This document shows, in pieces, positions 18,748-28,747 of a DNA stretch of 64,000 nt (positions are counted from its first letter, which is position 1; the number at the start of each line of letters is the position of its first letter). A program made the translations under genes and the position numbers. The notes beneath the pieces are model-generated. The model was not told the origin of the DNA, made no database searches, and was given only the letters and a program-made list of their open reading frames with translations. This DNA is from Spirulina sp. (GTDB lineage: Bacteria; Cyanobacteriota; Cyanobacteriia; Phormidesmidales; Phormidesmidaceae). The stretch lies in the NCBI GenBank assembly GCA_044070495.1, contig JBIPSI010000001.1, forward strand, positions 228,665 through 292,664, written 5' to 3'.

Positions 18748-21700
18748 ATGATTGAAGATATTGAACTCCGAGAGATTTTTAAGACCTCCAGCGAAGAGCG
18801 CTTCCAGGTACTGGATGAAGGCTTGCTGCATTTAGAAAAGCACCCGGAAGACCTGGAAACCATCACCGTCCTGATGCGGGAGGCCCACTCCCTGAAGGGG
18901 GACAGCAACATGCTGGGGGTGGAAGACCTGGGTAAGGTGGCCCACCAAATTGAGCACATCTTTGGGGCGATTAAGCGAGGCGAACGCAAGCTCACCCCCA
19001 CCCTGTTTGACCGATTGGGTCGGGCCATGGAGGCCATGCGCCAGATGGCCCAGGAAGCTGTGACCGGGGAACCCGCCCAGGTGAAGGTGTTCTACGTGTT
19101 GGCGGATCTGATGGCGGCGGAAATGGCCGAAGAAGAGGATCCCGCACCCCAGGCGGTTGAATCCACGGCAACCACCGCCGCCCCAACCGCCCAAGCTGAC
19201 GATGGGGATGATGATCTAGCCGAATTTCTATTCCCGTCGCCCTCGGTGGATGTACCCCAGGGGGATGTGTCCCAGGAACCGGAATCGCCTCTAGATCTGT
19301 TCCCTGATGCCGAATCCCCTGTAGGGGTGCACAGCGGTGCGCCCCTACCCCCTGCGTCTCAACCGTCCGCGCCCCAGCCGTCTACGCCCGGTGTGTCTGA
19401 TGACGACATTCCCCCCGGCGCAATTTTCGATAGTTCCTTGGATGTGCCGTCGGAAGATCACTCGTTAGAACCAGGGGACAGCAACGCGGATCCCACGTCG
19501 GTAAACCCAGATTTAGACAAGGCCACAGTTGTGGACGATGACGACGACCTCTTTGGGTTTAGTTCCGCCGCCGATGCCCCCAAGCCAGCCCCCACGGCGA
19601 CCAACGGCACCAGCGCCCCCCCAGAACCCAGGCTTCCCGGCGAACGCAGCCCGCTTTACATCGAAGACGACGAAATGCGGGGGCTGTTTAAAACCTCCAG
19701 CGAAGAACGGCTGCAAGCCCTGGATGAAGGCATTTTGCACCTGGAGAAAAATCCCCAGGACCTCGCGGTGGTGGAGAACATCATGCGGGAGGCCCACTCC
19801 CTGAAGGGCGACAGCAACATGCTAGGCGTGGCGGATTTGGGCAAGGTGGCCCACCAGATGGAGAATATCCTCGGATCCGTGAAGCGGGGGGAAACGCCCC
19901 TCACCCTGGATGTGTGCGACCGTTTGGCCCACGGCATGGTGGCGATAAAGCAACTCGTCCACGAGGCTTCTACCGGAGAAGCCACCGGGGTCAATGTCTT
20001 CTACGTCCTAGCCGAACTGATGGGTTCCTCCTCGGATAATCCCCCCAATTCCCCCCCATCGCCCCCCCCATCATCGGCCCCCTCGTCACCGCCCTCTCCC
20101 CCGCCCGAAGACCCCAATGCCGCCATTGATAAGGCCTCGAAGTACAAAATTGAAACGATTCGGGTGCCCACCACCAGCCTCGATTCCCTGATGACCCAAA
20201 GCGGCGAGCTAACGGTGACCAAAATTCGGGTGGCCCATCGTCTTGCAGAAATCGACGCCATCACCAACCTGTGGGAGGAATGGAGTCGCGATTTGTTCAT
20301 GAATCGCTTCCTGTTCCACGAAGCCCAGCAGGGTAAGCAGGTGTGGCGACAATTAGAAAGCTTCCACAGCCGCACCGAGCAGCATTTGGATTTGCTGGGG
20401 CGCATGGTGGGGCAGCTCAGCAGCGCCCTCTACGAAGACACCACCCGCCTGGAGATGATCACCGACGGGCTGGAGGAGGGCATTCGCACCCTGCGGCTGT
20501 TGCCCCTAGCCACCATCTTTAACCTGTTCCCGCGCCTGGTGCGCGACCTCGCCCGCCAGGAGGGCAAGCAGGTGGAACTGGTGATTGAAGGGGGCGAAAC
20601 CCGTGCCGACAAGCGCATCCTAGAGGAAATGAAGGATCCGCTGCTGCACATGATCCGCAACGCCATCGACCACGGGATTGAATCCCCCGCCGAACGCAAG
20701 CGCAAGGGCAAACCGGAAACCGCCACCATCACCCTGCGCGGCTACCAAACCCCCACCAGCATCGTCCTAGAAATTTGCGACGATGGCCGGGGGCTGGATG
20801 TGGAGGCGATTAAACAAACGGCGGTGCGGCGTGGGCTGCATCGTCCTGAAGAGTTGGAACTGTTAACGCCCGGTCAAATTCAGGCGCTGATCCTCAGTCC
20901 GGGCTTCTCCACCCGCACCATGGTGACGGAGATTTCGGGTCGGGGGGTGGGCCTCGATGTACTGCGTACCAACGTGGAGCGGCTGAAGGGCAATGTAGAG
21001 GTGCATTCTACCCTCGGCCAGGGCTGCACCATTCGCATTCAGTTGGGCACTACCCTAGCCACCGCCCATGTGCTACTGGTGACGGCCAACGGCCACACCT
21101 ACGCCCTGCCCGTGGAGTTTGTGCAAACCGCCTGTTTGGTGCAGGCTAGCGACATGTTTACCCTAGAAGGCCACAGCACCATCGTCTTCGACAACCAGCC
21201 CGTTTCCGTGGCTTGGCTGGCGGATTTGCTCAACCTGCCAGGGGACAGCAATGGCCGGATGAAGTCGGCTAATCAGCGCTTGTCCTGCATTATTTTGCAG
21301 ACTGGCCACGATAAACTCGGCATTTTTGTCGATGCCCTGATTGATGAGCAGGATGTGGTGCTCAAGCCCCAAAGCCAGTTACTCAAGCGGGTGCGCTATA
21401 TCTCTGGGGCCACCATTTTGGGCACCGGAGAGGTGTGCATGGTGCTCAATCCGCCAGATCTGATCGGCACCGTGCGCCACCGCATGACCCAGGCTGCTCT
21501 GGGCAGTGTGGAGGGGGGCAGCGTAGACATAGCGGAACAGCGACCTAAGAGCATCCTCCTGGTAGAAGACTCCATTGCCACCCGCACCCAGGAAAAGCGC
21601 ATTCTAGAATCGGCGGGCTACGAGGTGGTGACCGCCGTGGATGGGGTGGATGGTTTTAATAAGCTGCAATCCCGTGTGTTCGATGCCGTCATCTCCGATA

Positions 21701-21906
21701 TCCAAATGCCTAATTTGGATGGGCTTCAGCTCACCCAGCGCATCCGGCAGCATCGAGAATACAATGAGTTACCCGTGGTGTTGGTGACAACCTTGGCCAG
21801 CGATGAAGATCGCCGCCGGGGGGCCGAGGCCGGAGCCAACGCTTATATTACGAAGGGTAGTTTTAATCAGGAAGTGCTTCTCGAAACCTTGGAAAGATTG
21901 ATATAG
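18748..21906 (+). CDS. cheA: Hybrid CheA kinase (Hpt-Hpt-dimerisation-HATPase-CheW-REC)
   Basis: Two REAHSLKG Hpt motifs, HMIRNAIDHG, DDGRG, GRGVGLDV, CheW-like domain, C-terminal receiver (ISDIQMP). Confidence 0.93.
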   Translation: MIEDIELREIFKTSSEERFQVLDEGLLHLEKHPEDLETITVLMREAHSLKGDSNMLGVEDLGKVAHQIEHIFGAIKRGERKLTPTLFDRLGRAMEAMRQMAQEAVTGEPAQVKVFYVLADLMAAEMAEEEDPAPQAVESTATTAAPTAQADDGDDDLAEFLFPSPSVDVPQGDVSQEPESPLDLFPDAESPVGVHSGAPLPPASQPSAPQPSTPGVSDDDIPPGAIFDSSLDVPSEDHSLEPGDSNADPTSVNPDLDKATVVDDDDDLFGFSSAADAPKPAPTATNGTSAPPEPRLPGERSPLYIEDDEMRGLFKTSSEERLQALDEGILHLEKNPQDLAVVENIMREAHSLKGDSNMLGVADLGKVAHQMENILGSVKRGETPLTLDVCDRLAHGMVAIKQLVHEASTGEATGVNVFYVLAELMGSSSDNPPNSPPSPPPSSAPSSPPSPPPEDPNAAIDKASKYKIETIRVPTTSLDSLMTQSGELTVTKIRVAHRLAEIDAITNLWEEWSRDLFMNRFLFHEAQQGKQVWRQLESFHSRTEQHLDLLGRMVGQLSSALYEDTTRLEMITDGLEEGIRTLRLLPLATIFNLFPRLVRDLARQEGKQVELVIEGGETRADKRILEEMKDPLLHMIRNAIDHGIESPAERKRKGKPETATITLRGYQTPTSIVLEICDDGRGLDVEAIKQTAVRRGLHRPEELELLTPGQIQALILSPGFSTRTMVTEISGRGVGLDVLRTNVERLKGNVEVHSTLGQGCTIRIQLGTTLATAHVLLVTANGHTYALPVEFVQTACLVQASDMFTLEGHSTIVFDNQPVSVAWLADLLNLPGDSNGRMKSANQRLSCIILQTGHDKLGIFVDALIDEQDVVLKPQSQLLKRVRYISGATILGTGEVCMVLNPPDLIGTVRHRMTQAALGSVEGGSVDIAEQRPKSILLVEDSIATRTQEKRILESAGYEVVTAVDGVDGFNKLQSRVFDAVISDIQMPNLDGLQLTQRIRQHREYNELPVVLVTTLASDEDRRRGAEAGANAYITKGSFNQEVLLETLERLI

Positions 21907-22042
21907 CCCCATCCAGGTTTTGCCATTCCCTCGCCGCCTACCCCTCACGGTTTGTCGATGGGGGCTAGGCTGTCCTACGGGTTCATCCTGGTAGGTAGCG
22001 CTGAACCCTGGGGCCTGATCCCTAATCGAAGTGAGACGCTAG

Positions 22043-23116
22043 ATGCCTGGTCGTATCCGACTGTTAATTGTGGAGGATTCTCCCGTTGCCCTCGCCATTT
22101 TGCAGCGCATTTTTCGAGAAGCGCCCGATATTGAGGTGGTGGGAGTCGCCCGCAACGGCCAAGAAGCCCTAGCCATGTTTCCCATGGTGCAGCCCACCAT
22201 GATCTGCACCGACCTGCACATGCCCAAAATGAACGGTCTAGAACTCACCCAGGAGGTGATGGCCCGTCACCCCTGCCCCATCCTGGTGGTCAGCGCCTCG
22301 GTGCAGGAGGAAGACACCCAAAACGTGTTCCGCATTTTGGAAGCCGGGGCCTTGGATATTTTTCCCAAACCCCGCACCGGGCTGGCCTCGGAATACGAAA
22401 AATCGAAAAACGAACTGCTGGCCAAAATCCGCGTGTTGTCTGGGGTTTCGGTGTTCACCCAACGCCGCCAGGGGGCCCCCGCCGTGCGCCAACCCCTCAT
22501 CCAACGGCCCCCGGTCAAATCTACCCCCATCGATATCCGTGCCCCCAGGGTGCTGGCCATCGGGGCATCCACGGGTGGCCCCCAGGCGCTACTGGCGATT
22601 TTTCAACAGCTACCCAAAACTTTCCCGGTGCCCATCCTCTGCGTGCAGCACATCAGCGAAGGCTTTTTGCAGGGCCTCGTGGACTGGCTCAACAGCAGTT
22701 GCAGTCTCCAGGTCAAGATTGCCAGTCCGGGCGAAATGCCCCAGCCTGGGATCATCTACTTTCCCCCCGAACGGCACCACCTGGAAATTAGCGCCCGTGG
22801 ACAAATTGCCCTGGCCCAGGGTGCTCCGGTGGCGGGGCACTGCCCTTCCGTGACGGTGATGTTTAAATCCGTGGCTAGCTACTATCGCCGTTCCGCTGTG
22901 GGGGTTTTGTTAACGGGGATGGGCCGCGACGGAGCCGATGGTCTCTATGCCATGGCCCAGGCAGGTAGCCTCACCATTGCCCAGGACGAAGCCTCCTGCG
23001 TGGTGTTTGGGATGCCCAAGGAAGCCATCAGCCTAGGGGCCGCCCAGCAGATCCTTTCCCTACCCGCCATCGCGCCCTTTTTAATGAACCAGGTGTTTAC
23101 CTCGGTCCTGTCCTGA
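22043..23116 (+). CDS. cheB: Protein-glutamate methylesterase CheB (REC + methylesterase)
   Basis: REC with TDLHMP; GASTGG, VQHI and LTGMGRDGA catalytic motifs intact. Confidence 0.93.
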   Translation: MPGRIRLLIVEDSPVALAILQRIFREAPDIEVVGVARNGQEALAMFPMVQPTMICTDLHMPKMNGLELTQEVMARHPCPILVVSASVQEEDTQNVFRILEAGALDIFPKPRTGLASEYEKSKNELLAKIRVLSGVSVFTQRRQGAPAVRQPLIQRPPVKSTPIDIRAPRVLAIGASTGGPQALLAIFQQLPKTFPVPILCVQHISEGFLQGLVDWLNSSCSLQVKIASPGEMPQPGIIYFPPERHHLEISARGQIALAQGAPVAGHCPSVTVMFKSVASYYRRSAVGVLLTGMGRDGADGLYAMAQAGSLTIAQDEASCVVFGMPKEAISLGAAQQILSLPAIAPFLMNQVFTSVLS

Positions 23117-23238
23117 AGGGGGAATGGGATGGGGACGTAGGGGGACAGCGCTGTTCGTCTGATAGGTTAGAATTGTCAGCTACTTGAGCCTACGCTGAAG
23201 GGAAAACTAACCACAGAAATCCGTCTTAATGTGCGTCT

Positions 23239-25170
23239 ATGTCCTTTCCCTTGCCGTCGTCCTGGCGATCTTGGCCCCTAGCACGACTGGCCCAAACGAT
23301 TGGGGTGGCGTTGGGCTTTGCCCTTCTGTTTATGGTGAGTGTGAACCTGGCCTCGCTGCCGGGAAAGATCACCGCCATTTGGTTGCCTGCGGCCCTCACC
23401 TTGGTCGTGCTGCTGCGCTATGGGCGCGGGATACTACCCGGTGTGTTTGGGGGAGCCTTGGCCATTGTGATGGTTGGCCTGTGGGATACGGGCCTGTCCT
23501 GGCCGTCGCTGATCTGGGCCAGTCTCGTGTTTGCCTGCTGCGAAACCCTGCAACCGTTGCTGGCCGTGTGGTACCTAGGGCAGCTTTACCGCCTCTTGAG
23601 TCCCCAGCAGCGGGGCGCGACCCATCCGTTGCCGCCCCAGGCGTGGTTTGAAACGGTGCCGAGGGTGTTTAGCTTCATTGTGGCGGCGGTGGCCTCCCCC
23701 ACACTACCCGCCCTGGCCGGAAGCTGGACTTGGCAAACCGTGGGTCTGATTGAACCATCTACCCTAGCCCTCACCTGGTTCACCTGGTGGATCCCCGCCG
23801 CCATGGCCCACCTGATCTTTGCGCCGCCGCTGCTGTTGCTGTGCCGTCCCCAACGACCCCATCCCCTGCGCCTAGGACGGGCTGATTCCTGGGCCACCCA
23901 CACCCTTCAGGAGGCCATCGGGTTATGGTGCGCCTTTATGTTGCTGCTGTACCTCACCTTTGGTCGGGGTTATTTAATTGACTACATGTTTCTGCCCCTG
24001 CTGATGTTGGCGGTGTTTCGATTGGGGCTGTTCTCCGCCAGCCTCAGCCTAGCGATCATTACCCTGGCGGCTATCTATGCCACCAACCTAGGTTTTGGGG
24101 TCTTTGTGCGCGAGGCTCCCCACGAATCGTTTATTTATCTTCAGTCCTTTTTGGCGGTGCTTTCGCTCACCATTTTGATCCTGTCCGCCGTCATTGCCGA
24201 ACGCCGAACCTCTCAAAATCGCCTCCAAGAAATCCTGACTTCCCTAGAAAATCAAGTCGAAAAACGTACCGCAGAACTCCGCAAAAACGAAAATATTTTG
24301 ACCGGGCTGTTTGCCGCTTCCCCCATCGGCCTCGGCATTTTGGACGACTCCCTCCGCTTTGTGCGGATGAACCCAACCCTGGCGAATGTCGGTTTTTCGG
24401 CGGAGCAATCCCTGCTGGAAATGGCTACTTTGCTACCCGAACTCTCCAGTGCTATCCAATGGGCCTATCAAACGGTGGCCCGCACCCAATCCGCCCTAAT
24501 TGACCAAGAAGTGGCCACCACCTCCCCCGACGTAGATATTCAACGTACCTGGTTGCTCTCCTGCTTTCCGATCCAGGGAAAGGATCCGATTTCGTCCCAG
24601 GTGGGGGTAGTGCTGCTGGAAATTAGCGACCGCAAACGCCTAGAAGCCGCTCTCCAAAAGCAGGCCGACCTAGATGCCCTCACCCAATTGGCCAACCGTC
24701 GCGCCTTTGATCGCCATCTGCAACGGGAGTGGAGCCACGGTTTGCGTGCCCAACAGCCCCTCTCGCTGATCATGGCCGATGTAGATTACTTCAAAGCCTA
24801 CAACGATCACTATGGCCATCCCATGGGGGATCAATGCCTGGTTCAGGTGGCCCAGGTGATTCAGCACAGCGCCCGCCGCCCAGGAGATTTGGCCGTGCGC
24901 TATGGGGGCGAAGAATTTGCCCTGCTGCTGCCCAACACCCCCCTAGACGCGGCCTGCCAGATTGCCCTAGCTATGCAGAATCGCCTGCGTCAACTGGGCC
25001 TAGTCCACGCCGGATCGGCGGTGAGTCCGTATGTCACCCTCAGTCTAGGGCTGGTCACCCACATTCCCAAGGCTGGCGAACTCCCCCAACGGTTGATTGG
25101 AACCGCCGACCAAGCTCTCTACACCGCCAAACGCCAGGGCCGCAATCGCCTTGTCGCACGGGAACTGTAA
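23239..25170 (+). CDS. MASE1-PAS-GGDEF diguanylate cyclase
   Basis: Multi-TM MASE1-like N-terminus (IWLPAA), PAS-like segment, DALTQLANRR, DVDYFK, RPGD I-site, GGEEF. Confidence 0.9.
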   Translation: MSFPLPSSWRSWPLARLAQTIGVALGFALLFMVSVNLASLPGKITAIWLPAALTLVVLLRYGRGILPGVFGGALAIVMVGLWDTGLSWPSLIWASLVFACCETLQPLLAVWYLGQLYRLLSPQQRGATHPLPPQAWFETVPRVFSFIVAAVASPTLPALAGSWTWQTVGLIEPSTLALTWFTWWIPAAMAHLIFAPPLLLLCRPQRPHPLRLGRADSWATHTLQEAIGLWCAFMLLLYLTFGRGYLIDYMFLPLLMLAVFRLGLFSASLSLAIITLAAIYATNLGFGVFVREAPHESFIYLQSFLAVLSLTILILSAVIAERRTSQNRLQEILTSLENQVEKRTAELRKNENILTGLFAASPIGLGILDDSLRFVRMNPTLANVGFSAEQSLLEMATLLPELSSAIQWAYQTVARTQSALIDQEVATTSPDVDIQRTWLLSCFPIQGKDPISSQVGVVLLEISDRKRLEAALQKQADLDALTQLANRRAFDRHLQREWSHGLRAQQPLSLIMADVDYFKAYNDHYGHPMGDQCLVQVAQVIQHSARRPGDLAVRYGGEEFALLLPNTPLDAACQIALAMQNRLRQLGLVHAGSAVSPYVTLSLGLVTHIPKAGELPQRLIGTADQALYTAKRQGRNRLVAREL

Positions 25171-25216
25171 GCCCAGCCCATGGCCACCGCATACCCTAGG
25201 AAAAGGATGTATTCAG

Positions 25217-25900
25217 TTAAGGCTCACTACCATCATCTATCCTCGATGCCGCCGCTAGCCCAAGGAAATCGGCCATAGCTTGCCAAATCTCCGCCTCCAC
25301 ATCCCCTAGGGCGTGGTCGCTGTCGAGTTCTAGAAGCTGCACCCAGGGTCGGCGAAGGGCGTAGGCGCGGCTGGCCTCGATGGCAATCACCTCGTCCTGG
25401 GTGCCATGGCAAATCAGGGTAGGAATGGGGGCTTGGAGGGCGTCGTCATTGTAGCCCTGGGCATCCTCCACAAAGCGGTAATGCAAGGTTTTTTGTTCCT
25501 GGTCGGCATAGTGATAAACCGACAACTCGCCCTGCCGTCGCCACTGGTCTAGGGCCGCTTCCCCCAGGCGCGGCAACCACTGGGCCAAAAACCGAAAGGC
25601 CGGAGCCAACAACACCAGTTTTTCGATTCGTCCCCGCAGATCCGCTTGCTCAGCCACCCAGGCCGCCGTTAACCCGCCCAGGCTCGATCCGATGATCACC
25701 GTCGGCTGAGCCTGGGCCAAGATCAACTCGCGGGCCTGCTGAATTTGGCGACTGAGGGTGAGGCCGAAAAAGTCTCCCTGATTCAGGTCAGGGATGGTCA
25801 GGGAAAGCCCCACCGCCTCAAACCGCGCCCTCAACGCTTGAGCTTTGTAGGATTGAGGGCCTGAGGCAAACCCGTGCAAATAGAGATAGTGAACCATCAC
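25217..25900 (-). CDS. YqiA/YcfP-family alpha/beta hydrolase (esterase)
   Basis: YLHGFASGPQSYK, GSSLGG nucleophile elbow, HGTQDEVI, SDH. Confidence 0.88.
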   Translation of the reverse strand: MMVHYLYLHGFASGPQSYKAQALRARFEAVGLSLTIPDLNQGDFFGLTLSRQIQQARELILAQAQPTVIIGSSLGGLTAAWVAEQADLRGRIEKLVLLAPAFRFLAQWLPRLGEAALDQWRRQGELSVYHYADQEQKTLHYRFVEDAQGYNDDALQAPIPTLICHGTQDEVIAIEASRAYALRRPWVQLLELDSDHALGDVEAEIWQAMADFLGLAAASRIDDGSEP

Positions 25901-25969
25901 CCCAATTGATTACACCCCTGATTACACCCCAAAACAATCACACCGAAGAGCTTGGCTTGGGCGTCAAAG

Positions 25970-27529
25970 CTACAAGACCGAACGGGGCAATTCCACGCCT
26001 GGATGGGAAACAAGCTGCCCCTGGCGAGGCAAGTGATGATCCATGAAGTGATCAATTTCGTTGAACCAAAAATCTAGAATCGTTGACTGGCACGCCTTCA
26101 GCAGCAATTGATCCAATTCGTGCAAGTCTTTTTGGTTGAGGGTGCTGTAGGCCGCTAACTCACAATATCGCCGCACATCGCCAGCGATAGCTTCACAGGT
26201 ATCTCGCTCGGTTTCTTGGGGGCCAAGAAAAGACCGAGGAATGCCGACAATCTTATACTTATCATCGGCAAAGGCCGCAATATCGTCGTAGTCTAGCCAA
26301 AAATGCTTGCGATATTTAGACCTCACATCCCTCAAGCGATCTAAAAAATAACCGTGCAGAAGATCGTATTTTTTGAGGACATCAAGCTTATGATAGCGTC
26401 GCCGTAGGGCACTCAGAGAAGCCCATTCTAAATCCACTGGGTCGATGCTGAATAAAATGGGGTGTTCTTCATCTAGGGGAGAGTTACCCAGGTTCTTTCG
26501 CCAGGGCACGCTCTTCATCCATCGGGCCACTAAAATATCGAAATAGTTGAGATCTAAAACATCATCTTTGCGCGCACTCAAATACATACCTAGGCAAGCG
26601 GCATCCACGGCAAGAAGATTTCGATCAATGCCGTGTCTTGGGTGAATGAGAAAGGTTTGATCCGCCTCTGAACGAGGGCCAAAGCGATCCACCAGTAGGC
26701 CTAGACTAGCCCGCCTCACCCAGGCCGAATAGGTTTTGAGGGATGGATTTTGCTCCGATGGACGCACAGACTTGTCCTTAAAAAAACGATGCCCCTCTTG
26801 AGCAACGGATTGGAGCACTAACTCAACCGCTGGAGGATCGTGATCATCAGGATTAAGCTGCTGGGTGGTGCGTTGAATAAAGGCGGCTATGGATCGGTGG
26901 AGCGGGTTTCCTGTAGATTTTTCCGGGCTTAAAAAAGCAAGCCCATCACATTCCTCTAGGGATGGATCAATGGTGGTGAACAACTTACTGACTTGATGGA
27001 TAATTTGCCGCACCACTTCGACCCGCTTCCAGTGGCTTTCTGACGCTAAGGCCGTTGTGGATCGGGGTAGGCTATCGGACAACAACTGAATGGCTTCATC
27101 GGCGGCTTCACCATCAGGGTTGAGGCTGAGATCCTGAGCACGCTGCTGAAGTTGATCCAGCAACTCCTCTAGGTATTGGCGGTTAGCTTTTCCATCAATG
27201 TCTGCCGGGGCCGATAGATTGGCCGTCATCTCCGGCAGCAACCCTGGGGCGATGTAGGCGGATGGAGCCTTAGGGGCAGTCTGAGTCGCCTCCTGAACCA
27301 GATCAGCTCGCAGACGATGGGCTTTGCCGCGACTGGTGCCCATAATGCCTGCCTTGCGGTAAATCTCCCCTAGGCATTGCACACAGGCATTGATGGAGAT
27401 ACCGAGGGCTTCGGCAATGTCGCGATTGCTCTGCCCCTGCCCAAACTTGCGAACTAACACATCCTCTTGCTCTCCGGTTAGCCCCCACTGGCAGGACTTT
27501 TGCAGCAGAAATTCGTTGGTTAGCTCCAT
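25970..27529 (-). CDS. Hypothetical multidomain protein: N-terminal LuxR-like HTH, probable degenerate sigma-70/ECF-like region, helical C-terminal domain
   Basis: Long AT-richer ORF; QSNRDIAEALGIS HTH; start placed at MELTNEF (ORF extends to 27676); the middle-domain call is by eye only. Confidence 0.6.
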   Translation of the reverse strand: MELTNEFLLQKSCQWGLTGEQEDVLVRKFGQGQSNRDIAEALGISINACVQCLGEIYRKAGIMGTSRGKAHRLRADLVQEATQTAPKAPSAYIAPGLLPEMTANLSAPADIDGKANRQYLEELLDQLQQRAQDLSLNPDGEAADEAIQLLSDSLPRSTTALASESHWKRVEVVRQIIHQVSKLFTTIDPSLEECDGLAFLSPEKSTGNPLHRSIAAFIQRTTQQLNPDDHDPPAVELVLQSVAQEGHRFFKDKSVRPSEQNPSLKTYSAWVRRASLGLLVDRFGPRSEADQTFLIHPRHGIDRNLLAVDAACLGMYLSARKDDVLDLNYFDILVARWMKSVPWRKNLGNSPLDEEHPILFSIDPVDLEWASLSALRRRYHKLDVLKKYDLLHGYFLDRLRDVRSKYRKHFWLDYDDIAAFADDKYKIVGIPRSFLGPQETERDTCEAIAGDVRRYCELAAYSTLNQKDLHELDQLLLKACQSTILDFWFNEIDHFMDHHLPRQGQLVSHPGVELPRSVL

Positions 27530-28083
27530 CACCACAATCCGTCTAGATACGTCAAGGAACACTGGCCCATAGCCTACGGTTGTCACGCCATACGAACCAG
27601 GCCAACGCTCCCTCGCCAGGAACCTCGGCTTGGGGAGGTCGCCATCGACTATCAGGCATCTAATGCTATCCATCATAGATAGCGGTTATTTTGCTGAGGC
27701 ATAGCCATCTTACCGAAATGCCTCACAAAATTCACTTTTCCATGAAACACCCGTGAACACCCCTCAATCGGGGGGACTAAACCCAAGGCATTCTAGATAC
27801 AAAAGTTAATAAAATTCGGAGAACCTCAAAAACGAATCAGACAGAATTGACACTTCAGGGCATATAGTGGAAACTACTTTTAGGGGCATATAGAGCGAGC
27901 TGTATTCAAGCAATCTGACATGTGCGAAAAGGGTATTTCCCCTTTTGAACTCCTCTTTTGAGCAGGTGAGGCGACGATTTGCGCTCAGCATAACGGCTTT
28001 GCCTCTGGAAAATGGTGATTCAACGCACCCTTTGTCTTGGCTTGCGGACGATGGAAACGAATCAATCCTAAGGAGGCCATTCC

Positions 28084-28422
28084 ATGCGTGTAAAACGGCT
28101 GCAAGGGTTGTGGAGCTATCTACAGCCCAAGAGGTTTCTTAATCCCTTAAACCCTGAATATGCCTTGGCTGGAAATGTCGGTATGTTGGCATCGGGTTTG
28201 GCCCACCTCCCCACGGCAACGGTGGTTGATGTGATGGATCCCCATCCAGATCGGCTAGTTGTGAAGTATCTAGGAGTGCTCTGGCGGGCCAAGGTTCATC
28301 GCCACACCCTGTCCCTAACTATCGGGGACGAGGTGAGGGTGATTAGCCGCCAGGGAAATGTGCTGATTGTGGATCGGGGTTTACCCCAGCCTGGGGAGAG
28401 GACATTAAATTGGCCCTTTTAA
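28084..28422 (+). CDS. Short NfeD-like (OB-fold) protein
   Basis: VKYLGVLWRAK...LTIGDEVRVISRQGNVLIV matches the NfeD C-terminal pattern. Confidence 0.75.
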   Translation: MRVKRLQGLWSYLQPKRFLNPLNPEYALAGNVGMLASGLAHLPTATVVDVMDPHPDRLVVKYLGVLWRAKVHRHTLSLTIGDEVRVISRQGNVLIVDRGLPQPGERTLNWPF

Positions 28423-28566
28423 TGTCTTATTGTTTTGGTAACGATAAGGCATTTAATCGCTATTTTAATCTGATGTGTTTCTCTGAACTGTCGCATTTCC
28501 TGGATTTGTTCTGCCTTTTCTGTGCTTTAGCCTTGATCCCCCACCCCTGCCCAAGGAGGCTCTACC

Positions 28567-28737
28567 ATGTTTATTGACCCCCTCGATAGCCCTAACCTGC
28601 TCCGAAAAATTGACGACAACCACGTCATTGACGGCTTTGGTAATCGGTATGAACTGGTACCCAGGGATCCTAATCGTTCCCCTGGCGGTGGCTGGTTTCT
28701 CCTGTTGTCGATCTTAGCCGCGATTCTGTTGCTCTAG
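28567..28737 (+). CDS. Unannotated 56-aa microprotein with C-terminal TM anchor (MFIDPLDSPNLLRKIDDNHVIDGFGNRYELVPRDPNRSPGGGWFLLLSILAAILLL)
   Basis: Perfect SD AAGGAGG (28553-28559) 7 nt before ATG; below the ORF-track length cutoff. Confidence 0.7.
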   Translation: MFIDPLDSPNLLRKIDDNHVIDGFGNRYELVPRDPNRSPGGGWFLLLSILAAILLL

Positions 28738-28747
28738 GCGGTCGTCG

